From Octopus bimaculoides (lineage: Eukaryota), in NCBI RefSeq assembly GCF_001194135.2, contig NC_068995.1, positions 35,241,428 through 35,305,427 of the forward strand: 64,000 nucleotides of DNA, given 5' to 3'. Below are positions 40,537 through 53,495 of the stretch, piece by piece; the first letter of the stretch is position 1, and the number at the start of each line of letters is the position of its first letter. Under the pieces are notes generated by a model. It saw only the letters and a program-made list of their open reading frames with translations. It made no database searches and was not told the DNA's origin. The position numbers and the translations under genes were made by a program.

Positions 40537-40904
40537 GGTGGACCCCTAATATGCTAAATGTAGAACCCATATGGTCTGACCACTAAGAAAAATTGTTCTC
40601 AAGAAAATTCTGCAAAACGGCAGAACTTAAAGCGAGCAAGACAAATGAAAAGATACAAAATATAATGATTAGTTACATACAATATTTTCATTATTACCAT
40701 TTACACACGTAAATGTCCGGAAATCCTCAGTGTGACCGTCATAGAAAATATATAAAGAAATATACACGAGACGTCCCCACGAGAGAGAACATGCATATCA
40801 TTCTATCAATTATATTTGGAGGTATATTTTAAATGCTTTTGTTTTGGCGCGCCGAAGCCGGAAATGACATATTGGGTCTACATTTAGCATATTAGGAATC
40901 CACC
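40537..40904. repeat. 37-bp inverted repeat pair with ~295 bp spacer (MITE-like)
   Basis: ggtggacccctaatatgctaaatgtagaacccatatg at 40537-40573 vs catattgggtctacatttagcatattaggaatccacc at 40868-40904. Confidence 0.75.
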
Positions 40905-41084
40905 TAGTCATCTTAATCATATATTCAGTTCTCTGAAATGTGTGCATGAGGAAATCTAAATATTATTTTCATGAAATTGTTTGTAAATAACTACACTATG
41001 CTTACTTAGTTATGCCCGTGTGTTTAGTAATCATATTGAGTCTTCGTGTGAAATTAATACTTTATGCTATATATAGAGACAGAG

Positions 41085-41111
41085 AGGGAGAAGGAGAGAG
41101 AGAGAAGGAGA

Positions 41112-41164
<53 letters not shown>
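41085..41164. repeat. (AG)n microsatellite bordering a gap
   Basis: Visible directly. Confidence 0.95.
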
Positions 41165-41899
41165 NNNNNNNNNNNNNNNNNNNNNNNNNNNNNNNNNNNN
41201 NNNNNNNNNNNNNNNNNNNNNNNNNNNNNNNNNNNNNNNNNNNNNNNNNNNNNNNNNNNNNNNNNNNNNNNNNNNNNNNNNNNNNNNNNNNNNNNNNNNN
41301 NNNNNNNNNNNNNNNNNNNNNNNNNNNNNNNNNNNNNNNNNNNNNNNNNNNNNNNNNNNNNNNNNNNNNNNNNNNNNNNNNNNNNNNNNNNNNNNNNNNN
41401 NNNNNNNNNNNNNNNNNNNNNNNNNNNNNNNNNNNNNNNNNNNNNNNNNNNNNNNNNNNNNNNNNNNNNNNNNNNNNNNNNNNNNNNNNNNNNNNNNNNN
41501 NNNNNNNNNNNNNNNNNNNNNNNNNNNNNNNNNNNNNNNNNNNNNNNNNNNNNNNNNNNNNNNNNNNNNNNNNNNNNNNNNNNNNNNNNNNNNNNNNNNN
41601 NNNNNNNNNNNNNNNNNNNNNNNNNNNNNNNNNNNNNNNNNNNATATATATATATATATATACTGTTCCCTTTCTCGATCATTTTCTTTTTTTTTCTTAG
41701 AGAAATTTATGTGGACACATCCAGGTAACCCCTAGAGATGTTTAGAAGGTTTCTGAATCAAATTTACCAATAGCTCATATGAAAGATTCCTCAAATAAGA
41801 TGAAAATCTTAAGAAATTTTACGTTTTCTTAATAAAGAACACAACTTCTATAAGGCACGCATTTTTATTTACAACAATTATTTCTATATAATCAAAAAC

Positions 41900-43310
41900 A
41901 TAATATGAATACTGAATATCGAACACTATTTTTGCATAAGAGAAGATTTATTGGCAGTTGTCTATGTTTAACGGTTTTCGGTAACGATCTGTAAAACAAA
42001 TTGTTTCTCAGTTTCGTCTTATGTGAGAATGTTATCGTAATCCAAAATGAGTTTGATACCTCTTTCTGCAACATCATTCACAACAACTGTCTTCTCAAGC
42101 TTTTCAAGTCCACTTTTGCAACTAGGACCATCCTTCCATGTTGAAGGGTCTTTGTCGACGAAATTAACGCTGATAGAAAATCTCGTGAATAATTCTTTTT
42201 ACCAGGAGTTACAAAAGACGAAAATTCGATGTTTGTAAAGGAAGGAAAGTCATTTTGGTGCAGAATGTACCTCTTCAGTTAATTTTTTTTCTTCTTCCTC
42301 TTCTTCACCTGTGTCTGCTTCTAGCATAACATGAGCAACATTTGCCTTCACCTCTGTTGGAACATTGTCATCAGATATGGTTACAGGCAGTTTCGGAAGC
42401 TAAATACCAGATATGGTTGGAAAAGTCTTTGGCAGCAGCTTAACTGATTTCTGGATCAATATCTTGATAATTTATCAGTTGACGCATGAATGGGAGATCA
42501 TGATAAGGTGCTTTAATTGCTTCTGATGACAGAAACCAGGCTCGCACACATACACTCCAGCAAGAAAAATATATATTCTTTTTGGAGAGTTCTTCTCCCC
42601 AGAAGAGAACTGAAATTGATCTTGAAACAGGTATAACTATGAATGCGTAAATTGCTATTGACACCCACCAAGCATGACTTACATCTCCTGGTGTACGGAA
42701 CGATATCCTGTTCTTCAGAATGCCGCCAAGAAAGATCATCGTTAACTCCAACAATTCTCGGTAATCATTTCGCTGTTGTTTCTGCTTAGAAAGGTGATAT
42801 TCAAGAAATTCAAGAATGGTAGAGCGGACATCACCAGGCACTTCATTGCTTACAGTTATGTAAACCTTCTTTTGAGTTTCATTCAGGTTTCTTTAAATCT
42901 TTTGAAAAATGCAATCTCTGGACGAGAAGTTACGCCCATCAGTGAATCAAAACAGCTCCTAAAAACTAACTCAAAGATATGATGACGGCACGGGAAGTAC
43001 AACAGATCACGATTGAATAACTTTTCTAGATTTTTACAGTTACCACTTACTCGATCTGTGTTGCTTGCAGTCGTATCACAGCAAAGTGCCTGAATTTTGT
43101 CGGGTATACTCCACTACTCCTCTACTTGGTAAACAGCCATGACTTGTACTTCTCCTGAAGATGGTGGAATTTCAGGGACTCCCAACAATGGCTCCTTGCC
43201 TTGAAAAGTTACTATTATTGCCAGTCTACCAAACTTTTCAATGTCTATGAGTGCTGGGAGGAGCTTTTCATCCTAGTGCAACACGAATTATTGACAGTCG
43301 TTTAGGTTAA
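41900..43310 (-). mobile_element. Decayed DDE transposase with CxxH motif, hAT-like (probably hATm-type)
   Basis: VLH*DEKLLP..LLGVPEI..ALCCDTTASNT..LLYFPCRHHIFEL..QRNDYRELLELTMIFLGG..PGDVSHAWW. Sub-family label is from memory of these motifs. Confidence 0.7.
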
Positions 43311-43324
43311 ATTTGTGCTGTATT

Positions 43325-45030
43325 TCTGTGTCTCGATTCTCTAAATTTTTTTTTAAGGCATTGAAATAAGTATACAAAGTACATAACATTATAAAAACGG
43401 AAAGGTTATAAACATGGTATTACAACCTTGTCAGGGCTACTAACACAACAACTCAGCCAGCGATGTCGACTTATACTTATTAAATATCTTGAAGAAGTGG
43501 ACATAATTATATCTCCGTTTAAATTGGAAAGCAGTGGCTCTTATGTAGTGTAAGTTATTATTATAGATGGTTAAAGTGTCCCTATAAACAACATACTGCC
43601 TAAGGCACTGATTGTCCAGGGGATACGTGGAAGGTCCACGACAGTTACAGAACCTTTTGGGGTTTTGCATAGGCAAGGTCTTATTACGTGACCCCGGTTT
43701 TGCGGGAATCGTTGAGAGAGGTGCCGTTTTGGGTAGCTACTATCCGTTATCCTCCCCAGTGTGCTGGGCCTGATTTGTATAAGGAGGTGCGTCCGGATTT
43801 TTAGGTAGAGCTGAATCTGTCCTGGAGTTTAAGTTTTTTGTTATTTAGGGTAGGTATGGTTTGCACTAAAGTAGGTGAGGTAGATTAGAATAACTTTATA
43901 TTGTGTCTGTTAAAGATATTATGGTATCTGTGTGTGGGGTAAAATGTTTTGCCTAGTGCTCTAAATAAAATGCCGGTTATATCTGAAGCAATGGTTGATG
44001 CAAAAGGAGGGTTAAACTAGATTATATTCCTCTTGCCTTCCCAGTTGATATATAGTTTATGCTGTGGGTCAGAGAATGTAACAACACTTTGCTTAATGGT
44101 ATCGGGTTTTCTCCTACATTTAGGGCGTTGCTCTACGATTTTATCATTATGGTTTAATTTCTTAGATATCGCGTTTATAAGTGCAGTGGACCTAATCTAT
44201 TTCTGTGGAGTCATACAGCCGTGCCACCTAGTGTGTGGTCTAGCCTGTTTAACTCAGTGTTATGAGGTGATGGAAAGTGACTGAAAGTGGAAGCCGTTGC
44301 GACCGCTGCTGGTATGTGTGCAATGCTTCATTGTAGTAATGGGCGTTCTTGAGATGTCCATATTCGCAGACAAACTCGATATTTTGGTGGAGACGCTTTT
44401 TGCGATGATCTTACTAACCGTCATGGGGTTGTTAGAGTATCTGCTACCTTACAGGAGATTTTAACTAGGTTTGTGATAAGGGTTATATAAACCCGTTTCG
44501 AGGTTCAGCGTTACATATAGGAAGTTAGCTAACTTGTGGTTACCGCTATTGTGACAAACAACAAAAAGCTACGGAAAAGACTTCGAATCTTCTTGCTGAT
44601 TGTCTCGAGACCTATTTTACTATATTTGAAGTATGTGAACAAGGCATCATCCCTATAAAGACCGCCTAACAAGCAACCTTGGTTATGTCAAAATTCCCTA
44701 TCCTATACTTACGAGTCCATAGTCGGTCGTCGAATGAAATTAAGATTCTCCTAGCCGTTAATATAAAACCTACATCCTTCCTAGATACAGATGTTTTATT
44801 CATGGCAAAGATCAGGACCTTATTTAGGAGTATATGGTTAACAGAGGGGTTTTAAGAATCGATGCCAATCTGTAGAAACTCAGTGTATGTTTTGTGAGGT
44901 AACTTATTGAACCAGCGTATGACGTCCGTGGTGTCGGACCAAAAGTCAAGTAGTACAAGTTTCCTGAGATTAGGGAGTGTTTTCTCCATAATTTGTTTAC
45001 TAATGCGGCCTATATCCGATCCCCCCGCAC
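43325..45030 (-). mobile_element. Penelope-like element: RT plus GIY-YIG endonuclease, decayed
   Basis: SDIGRISKQIM..DVIRWFNKLP..FLQIGID; DDALF..NFLYVTLNLETGLYNPYHKP; CNCRGPSTYPLDNQCLRQYVVYR..HYIRATAFQFKRRY. Confidence 0.88.
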
Positions 45031-45532
45031 ATATATGTATATATACACACATATACATATATATATATATACATATATGTATATATATAAATATATATGT
45101 GTATATATATATATATATATATNNNNNNNNNNNNNNNNNNNNNNNNNNNNNNNNNNNNNNNNNNNNNNNNNNNNNNNNNNNNNNNNNNNNNNNNNNNNNN
45201 NNNNNNNNNNNNNNNNNNNNNNNNNNNNNNNNNNNNNNNNNNNNNNNNNNNNNNNNNNNNNNNNNNNNNNNNNNNNNNNNNNNNNNNNNNNNNNNNNNNN
45301 NNNNNNNNNNNNNNNNNNNNNNNNNNNNNNNNNNNNNNNNNNNNNNNNNNNNNNNNNNNNNNNNNNNNNNNNNNNNNNNNNNNNNNNNNNNNNNNNNNNN
45401 NNNNNNNNNNNNNNNNNNNNNNNNNNNNNNNNNNNNNNNNNNNNNNNNNNNNNNNNNNNNNNNNNNNNNNNNNNNNNNNNNNNNNNNNNNNNNNNNNNNN
45501 NNNNNNNNNNNNNNNNNNNNNNNNNNNNNNNN

Positions 45533-45574
<42 letters not shown>

Positions 45575-46005
45575 GTGTGACACTGATTCGGTAGCCATGA
45601 TAAAACTCCGAGTTTCGGATGCCGGGGTGGGACAGGAATTTTCAATAGCCAGATAACTGAAGAGATTTTGGCGTGGGCACCCACCCCGGCATCCCAAACT
45701 CGGAGTTTTATCATGGCTACCGAATAAGTATCACATAGTTTTACAAATAAATTCCTCTATTTACAATATCGAGGTCTCTTTGTTTCTTTTGTTGTCCTTC
45801 CTATCAATATATATTATATATATATATAAATATATATATATATATTAATAATAATAATATGATGACAAACGTATGAATGAGACCTCGATATTTTGTAAAT
45901 AGAGGAATTTATCTAAAAATATAATATGTGACAATTAGTTAGTTGCCGTAATAAAACTCAGAGTTTCGGATGCCGGGTCTGAAGTCTGCTCCGGCATCTC
46001 ATCAG
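45575..46005. repeat. Fold-back cluster: three copies of one arm in alternating orientation amid (TA)n
   Basis: 46-bp arms 45586-45631 and 45680-45725 (1 mismatch); 45680-45795 is inverted again at 45868-45985. Confidence 0.9.
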
Positions 46006-46017
46006 AAATTAGTACAC
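45925..46017 (-). ncRNA. Hammerhead ribozyme-like motif (type I-like; stems I and III imperfect)
   Basis: Minus strand: CTGATGA-GATGCCGG..CCGGCATC-C-GAAAC. Canonical core boxes and an 8-bp stem II are present. Confidence 0.55.
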
Positions 46018-46546
46018 AAGATAAGGACATAACCTTCCTTGCTAGAAAGACTTCACTCTTCAGTGAGAACACAGAGTGGGTGAAGATAACCGATACATGG
46101 GGTCATATGATGGAGCAGGCATATGCGATCTCATTGGACTATTCCTACTTTTGAGTAAATACTTTGAAAAAAGAAGAGTGCGTATAATTTTTGACTCTCC
46201 TTTGTATATATANNNNNNNNNNNNNNNNNNNNNNNNNNNNNNNNNNNNNNNNNNNNNNNNNNNNNNNNNNNNNNNNNNNNNNNNNNNNNNNNNNNNNNNN
46301 NNNNNNNNNNNNNNNNNNNNNNNNNNNNNNNNNNNNNNNNNNNNNNNNNNNNNNNNNNNNNNNNNNNNNNNNNNNNNNNNNNNNNNNNNNNNNNNNNNNN
46401 NNNNNNNNNNNNNNNNNNNNNNNNNNNNNNNNNNNNNNNNNNNNNNNNNNNNNNNNNNNNNNNNNNNNNNNNNNNNNNNNNNNNNNNNNNNNNNNNNNNN
46501 NNNNNNNNNNNNNNNNNNNNNNNNNNNNNNNNNNNNNNNNNNNNNN

Positions 46547-46632
<86 letters not shown>

Positions 46633-47483
46633 CATAACTACCACTCTGAATATATACACAATAATTTTAGAATATATAAAATTGTAAAAGCTTCCAAATT
46701 CTTTAGTAATAGTCGAACCATAATCAGTTTGAGATCCATAAAAATATGTTAGAGCTCTATTGATGTATAGATGCTCTTCTACACAAATCAGAATTTGATG
46801 CCTTAACAAATTAGAGGAATATTGAATATTTCGATGTAGTTATATAAGTGAATGAAACTCAGTAGGAGAATGAATAGAATATTATTTAGATCATTCATCC
46901 TTTTATTTTCATGAAGTAAGAAATATATTGTGAGATGATTTTCAAAAATAAGCGATTCAAATTCTAAAAATTCGATTAAATATTTTTAATTAGCTGTTAA
47001 CAGTTGAATAAATCTGAAGTGTCGCTAACATTTTTAAAATAGAGAGCATTAAATTCTAACTAGAAAGTATTAAGTGTTGTTAGAAAGGGAAAGTTAATAA
47101 ATAACTAATAATATTTTGAGAGCTAATATATTTATGCACAATATAGCTTGATCTAGACAGATTAAAATAAGGGGAAAGTCGTGTAACTCCAGGTTTTAAA
47201 GCGAAAGTGTTTAAAACTGTAAGTTAAACGATTAAAATTGTCACAGAAATTCAAAAAATTATTAAATTATCCTAGAAGAAATGTTAAAATCAATGAACCG
47301 TATTTGGACTGTTAGTTTATGAGCGTGCAGCGATTTCAATGACTTTAGTAAGTATAGCTCAATTTTTGTAATAGGGACTTTACCAAACTTAACTGCCGTG
47401 TGTGTACGCATCGCACATCCCTACATCCCTACATCCCGCAGGATAACTTTTTTTCCAAACATAAAATAATACAGAGAAAATAG

Positions 47484-47738
47484 GTAGAATACTTTTGTTT
47501 GATCATATTAATAAGGGCGTCCGTTTACGCTTCCATTCCCTCATCAGAGTCACTGGAAATAGTGAAGAAATATTCTTGGTTACCAAAAACTATTTTTGGA
47601 AATTATTTCGATGCTTTGCTAAAAGAAGGAGAAAGCCTTCAAACCGAAATGCTGGCCGTGCAATATTCATACTCGTTGCAAGCTGAGTGCAATGGAAGTA
47701 ATTTTTCAAACCGTTTGTGTATTTATGGAAGATCATAA
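47484..47738 (+). CDS. Unassigned open frame, candidate coding exon
   Basis: 84 sense codons of normal complexity with a hydrophobic start (VEYFCLIILIRASVYA); possible donor GGAA|gtaatt near 47695; weak acceptor; no homolog recognised. Confidence 0.2.
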   Translation, partial: VEYFCLIILIRASVYASIPSSESLEIVKKYSWLPKTIFGNYFDALLKEGESLQTEMLAVQYSYSLQAECNGSNFSNRLCIYGRS

Positions 47739-48846
47739 AATGCAGGTGCTCCTTAATTTGAGTGCAATATTCTATATTCAGTGCCTACATTTCCAAAAAG
47801 TAAGTGTTAAGATCGACAGGTAATTCTCATGAGAAATTTCGTCGCTTAAAATGTCTTTACCAGCTGAATTATGCTTATTCTTGTCCATAATTACAATAGC
47901 ACCCATCCCACTCATCTGGTATAGCAATAGTGTTTGCTAGACGACGGCGTGTGTTGTGCAGGAATTTGTCTGGGGTCAATCTAGGTCTTCCTACCACATG
48001 TGTTTGTGTGCTTTTCCTTATGCTCGTTTGAAAAGATTAAAAAAATATTAACGTCATCTGTAAATGTTCCTCACGAACATTATCTAGATAGAAAAAAAAA
48101 TTAATAGCTAATATATATCTACAAAACAAATTTTGTTATAAGAAATCTAAGACAATTTGTATTGTTACGAACATTAAGGCATATACAAGCTGCAAGCAAA
48201 CTTGATGAAAATATGAAAAGAAATCATAATTGGTGAAAAAGTTAAAATTAGAAAACATATTTCAAGCCATAAGCTTATGTATTAGATTCAAGCCGTGCAC
48301 TTGTATTAGATTCTAGCCGTGCACTTGAGCAGTCCAGGTTTATTCGGAGGGTTGTATCCTGGATCTTTCGCTGGGTCCGCAACTACACAGACACGTAAAT
48401 CAATCAGAAAAACCATGTTACCTACGAAAAATGTCAGTGACATGATTTATTTAATATATCCGGTGTAGGCTTAACTTTAAATCTGCATTTTAAGCTATAG
48501 TATGCTTTTCAGACTGAAAAAAAAAATGACTTTCATAATGAATATCCTCCCAATTTATATTTATGTTGATAATATTTTTAATAATAGATTTTAAACACTT
48601 AGAGTGTATGGTCAAAACTGGTATAAACGCTTAAAAATGTTATGGTCAGTTATGAAGATTTTATTTCATTCTACATATGTCTTATGTGGCATTAGGTAGA
48701 TTTACGATTTTCATTTTAGTACTGTGAAACATTTCGAAAAAATTCTGAAAGATGCAAGGAGTAACTTTAGTAAATGTATCAAATTCATGACCGTTGAATT
48801 TTCATTAAGAACCAAACAAAGATGAAGCTAAGACCTTATATTTAGG

Positions 48847-48884
<38 letters not shown>

Positions 48885-50089
48885 GCGCGCGCATACAGAG
48901 AGACAAACACATACACACACACACACACACATACAAACGCACGCACATACATACACATGCATACATACATACGTACATATGTACATACATGCGTTCATAT
49001 ATATATTCAAACATAAAAATACATACACATACATTCATACATTTGTTATCTTTACATTTGTTATCTATGTTAGCTAGGCATTATCAATTAATCAATAAAA
49101 ATACGGTTAAACTTCAAACTTAGCGACTATTATAACGGTTCTAATAAAGTGAAATTATATGTCATAACGTATGTGCGACGTGATTTGCTGAGTTGTATAC
49201 ATTTCACTATGTTTTTAGGTTGGAATCTGAATGAGCTTTGTATTATTCTAATAAGAGTTAAGTTGTAAAATAACCTTTGCAAATGTTATGGTAATATTCA
49301 AACGTAATATAATTGGATATATTCAGTGATATGATTCAATGCGTTTTAAGCATATCAACCACTCTGGAAGAGAGCAACCATGCAGCGTTTAATGATGTCT
49401 GTAAAGTTTGCTGATCCAGATGACCAAATTAAATTTTTAATTTCAAATGCATTTGTTTTCTGTAGAATATCTGCAAAATTAATTTAACATATGCTAAAAT
49501 GATATACAGCAGCTTGGAAAAAGACCTAAATATCTTATAAGTGATGTCAAGTGAAATAGGTCCCAGACCTGAAATGGAATTCAATTATCTAATGATACTT
49601 CTGATTACCAATTCCCTTTATCAATGTTTATCTTTCAGCGTTGGTTATAAAATTCAATACGTTATATAAGTATATGAAATTCTATGATTGTATTTAACTT
49701 ATTCAAATTTTATATCCATACTACGATTATCAATTTGTTACAATATTCGATCACATAAAATATATTAGGCTATGATCTACTGGCAGAAAACAAATAAATA
49801 GGTAACGCTGCTGAAGTATAATAATATATATGATCAAATGTTCGACAAATATTAAAATAGATTTATTGTAAATACTCTGAGTCTTCAGTAAACAACGCAA
49901 GAAATATAAAATATGAGAGTGTGAGGATATTGAACAAGATACAATTTGGGTAGATCAATGAACAGAAGAATGAGAAGCTAAGTTTATTATCGATTGCAAG
50001 ATATCATGTCATATACATCAATAATACTTTCTTAAATATATATATGTATATTTCGTGTAAGTTATAATAATGATGTCAGAATAACTAAT

Positions 50090-50340
50090 GTGGTGAACGG
50101 CTATCTAGTAATAACCAGCTCAACAACTACATCATACATCGGAGGAAGCAAAAGCTTGGAGAAACTCCAATTGTCAACCCATACGCAATTGGTTCATTCT
50201 GGTTAAAACTCAACCTTATAACGATAACAGGAGTTTCTTCAAACTCTGGCCAAGAAATTCTCGCCGATAGGAAGAGAATTCTAAACAAACATAACGAACT
50301 TATCGTCAATTGTAAACATTGAATTAAGATTCTTTCAAGA
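50090..50340 (+). mobile_element. Penelope-like GIY-YIG C-terminal remnant
   Basis: LNNYI..KQKLGETPIV..PYAIGS..RILNKHNELIVNCKH resembles the PLE terminus 'LS.YIW.LK..PY..GS..C.LC..LLNKR.ELISKCRH'. Confidence 0.6.
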
Positions 50341-50587
50341 ACTTTATGAGGGAAAATGTTAGCCCTAAAAGAACATTTTCATGAAATGATTTACTTACAA
50401 CTTATTTTTATTGATTCCACTATATGTTAACAGCGACTGCACTCTATAAAATTTCTTTCCTTTCTGAATTATCCTTAATTGTACTTTCATACCATTTCCT
50501 CCTTATCTTACCTTACATCCTTACAATCAACATTGCATATTATTTTATACCACTGCCTACATTTATCATTTTAAACCTGAAAATATC

Positions 50588-50645
50588 CTATTATTATTAC
50601 TATTATTATTATCATTATTATTATTATTATTATCATTATTATTAC

Positions 50646-50706
<61 letters not shown>
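50588..50706. repeat. (TAT)n microsatellite
   Basis: Visible directly; explains poly-Y ORF 50424..50747. Confidence 0.95.
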
Positions 50707-50710
<4 letters not shown>

Positions 50711-51166
50711 TCACAACTTGGAATCGAACTCCGAATCCTGGGGTTAGTAGCCTGCGCTCTTAACTATTACGCCATATGCCTGTGGATATGGAGTGAATTT
50801 TAGGGCTTATAAATCTAATATTTTCTTATCCTTCCTTAATGCCGTTTCCCTTATGCTACTCATATCTGCACTTGGTCTGCTTACGAGGTTGTTGTGTCCG
50901 AGCATGAGTGCTGCTTCTTTAAGTTTTCGTATTTTCCAGTGGTGCTGTCTATATATTATTTTAACTTCATCCCACAGGGGATGAAGTCGAGAGCTACCCC
51001 ACCGATTTCATTCAAACTTCACACATGGCTTACTTAGGGCCCATGCAGTGCCATGGGCAAAAACATTTTCAACTTTTTGCCTAATGCGAACCCGCAACAA
51101 TCTTTTATCTTTAACGCATGTTACGTATTACGTGTCAAAATTGAAACAATAACATTTCTATCGTAA

Positions 51167-51549
51167 AATAATTTTGAATATATACCAAAATTTTCAACAA
51201 TAGAGAGAGAATTTAGTCCTTTTTTATGGTGTTCTACTCTACTATTACTATTTTTATGATAGCCTTTATGTAAGTAAACCTCCTAATTTTGTACACCTAG
51301 AAATTTATATTAGCTTGTATATAATAGCACCGGTAACTTCACAACTTATAATATACTTCTTAGCGTATAATTAATATATGGTTAGCATGTTCTATCGCCC
51401 CAGTATTCCTTTAGTAAATACCAGTGATCAGTCTTTATAGACACAACCTAATAAGTAAATAATTAAGTATATAAATGAATATTAAACTAATCCTATGTAA
51501 TTTTTTTTCTCTCTATTGTTGAAAATGTTGGTATATATTCAAAATTATT
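51167..51549. repeat. 42-bp inverted repeat pair with ~300 bp spacer
   Basis: aataattttgaatatataccaaaattttcaacaatagagaga at 51167-51208 vs its reverse complement at 51508-51549 (1 mismatch). Confidence 0.8.
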
Positions 51550-52730
51550 CAGAATTTATCTTTTTCGTTATAATATTTTTCTTGATAACCCTAAATTTTA
51601 TCTTTATACAATATAATTATATTGTTTAAATCAATCACCTATAGTACACCATCATAAAATTTCCTCTGTATTATCATCATTGGTTTTATTAACGTGTTGC
51701 CCCTTTAACTGATAATTAACATCTTGATTTGAGGTCTTCCACTACCCGACGTCAATATAGCCAGTTACTTTATACTACTTCAAAATAATCTTGACAAGTT
51801 TTATGACTATACCTACTATGATTCTGTCAACTCTCTCATGCTCTTTCCTAACAGACACTATTCTCTTGTCTTAAGTTTGATAAAAAACTCTAATAAATTA
51901 AAACTGAAACAAACTCCGTAATAAGCTATGAACCAAATAATGTTTTTCCTTGATGTCTTAGAAACGTCTAAGCTGAAGTAAGGGTAGCATGGACTTTGAC
52001 TTCTCACCATATTAGAGTAATTAAGTAAAATTATACAAATGTGTCCGACTGATTAAAACATTCTAATTACTTATGCAACTGAGGATAGCCCTGCATTTAA
52101 ATTGATGTAATGATTGCATTGTTCAATTAAATGGAGCTGCTTGAAACGGTCGTACTGCATCACATCTGGATATCCTGTTGCTTATTTTGATTTTATTCAA
52201 CTTATTTTGAAGTTGTACGGAAAATACTGCACTAATTTTTAAGTACCTAATTCATTTGAATCTCAATTATGTATGTATATATGTATATGCATATATATGT
52301 ACATATATATAGATCTATGCGTATATATATATATATATATATATNNNNNNNNNNNNNNNNNNNNNNNNNNNNNNNNNNNNNNNNNNNNNNNNNNNNNNNN
52401 NNNNNNNNNNNNNNNNNNNNNNNNNNNNNNNNNNNNNNNNNNNNNNNNNNNNNNNNNNNNNNNNNNNNNNNNNNNNNNNNNNNNNNNNNNNNNNNNNNNN
52501 NNNNNNNNNNNNNNNNNNNNNNNNNNNNNNNNNNNNNNNNNNNNNNNNNNNNNNNNNNNNNNNNNNNNNNNNNNNNNNNNNNNNNNNNNNNNNNNNNNNN
52601 NNNNNNNNNNNNNNNNNNNNNNNNNNNNNNNNNNNNNNNNNNNNNNNNNNNNNNNNNNNNNNNNNNNNNNNNNNNNNNNNNNNNNNNNNNNNNNNNNNNN
52701 NNNNNNNNNNNNNNNNNNNNNNNNNNNNNN

Positions 52731-52759
<29 letters not shown>

Positions 52760-52763
<4 letters not shown>

Positions 52764-52764
52764 G

Positions 52765-52830
<66 letters not shown>
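52760..52830. repeat. (GATA)n microsatellite
   Basis: Visible directly. Confidence 0.95.
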
Positions 52831-52875
52831 GGGTTGGACAAAATAATGGAAGCACATTAAAATTTCAAAGAAATG
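52829..52875 (+). mobile_element. Possible Tc1-like terminal inverted repeat remnant
   Basis: agggg ttggacaaaataatggaagcac resembles Tc1-type termini; no partner end found. Confidence 0.35.
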
Positions 52876-53412
52876 CATTTATTGATGGATTCAACATGTA
52901 CATATAACCGACTGGCTAATTTCAGTTCTAACCTGAGGTATATAGGGTTGTAATATTTTATTTGCGCTTATATAGTCTTTTAATAAAGATTATTAATACA
53001 GTTTAGTGTTTTGATTTTATTTTTTATGATATCTTGTGTAGTGTGTGTTTTGAAAACATACGTGCATACCAGATCAAAGTAAGTGCATGTAGCAAATTCT
53101 GTTTCTCTCTAGCATTATCAATAGAAATTTCATCGGTTCATTTTCTTGTAAAATAGGCTATTAATTGTCATGGACGTAATTTCAACTAGCGTCCATAAGA
53201 TTTGTCTTCTAAAATCATATGTAATATCGTAATCACCAGCAGCGCTACATTATTCAAGTATTCATCTAAAACTGTCATATCGCTACCGAATTCTAGAAGA
53301 AAGAAAAAAATAGAGGAAAAGAAGGGTAAATGTGAAAGAATATTTTTATAGCATAAGATGGATTGAGAGACAGATAAAAAGAACTATCTGTGAAGAATGT
53401 GACAACATCAGT

Positions 53413-53462
<50 letters not shown>

Positions 53463-53464
53463 GA

Positions 53465-53495
<31 letters not shown>

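Noticed and set aside
48279-48326. 24-bp tandem duplication gtattagattc(a/t)agccgtgcactt x2
   Set aside because: Two copies only; ordinary slippage duplication, not an array.
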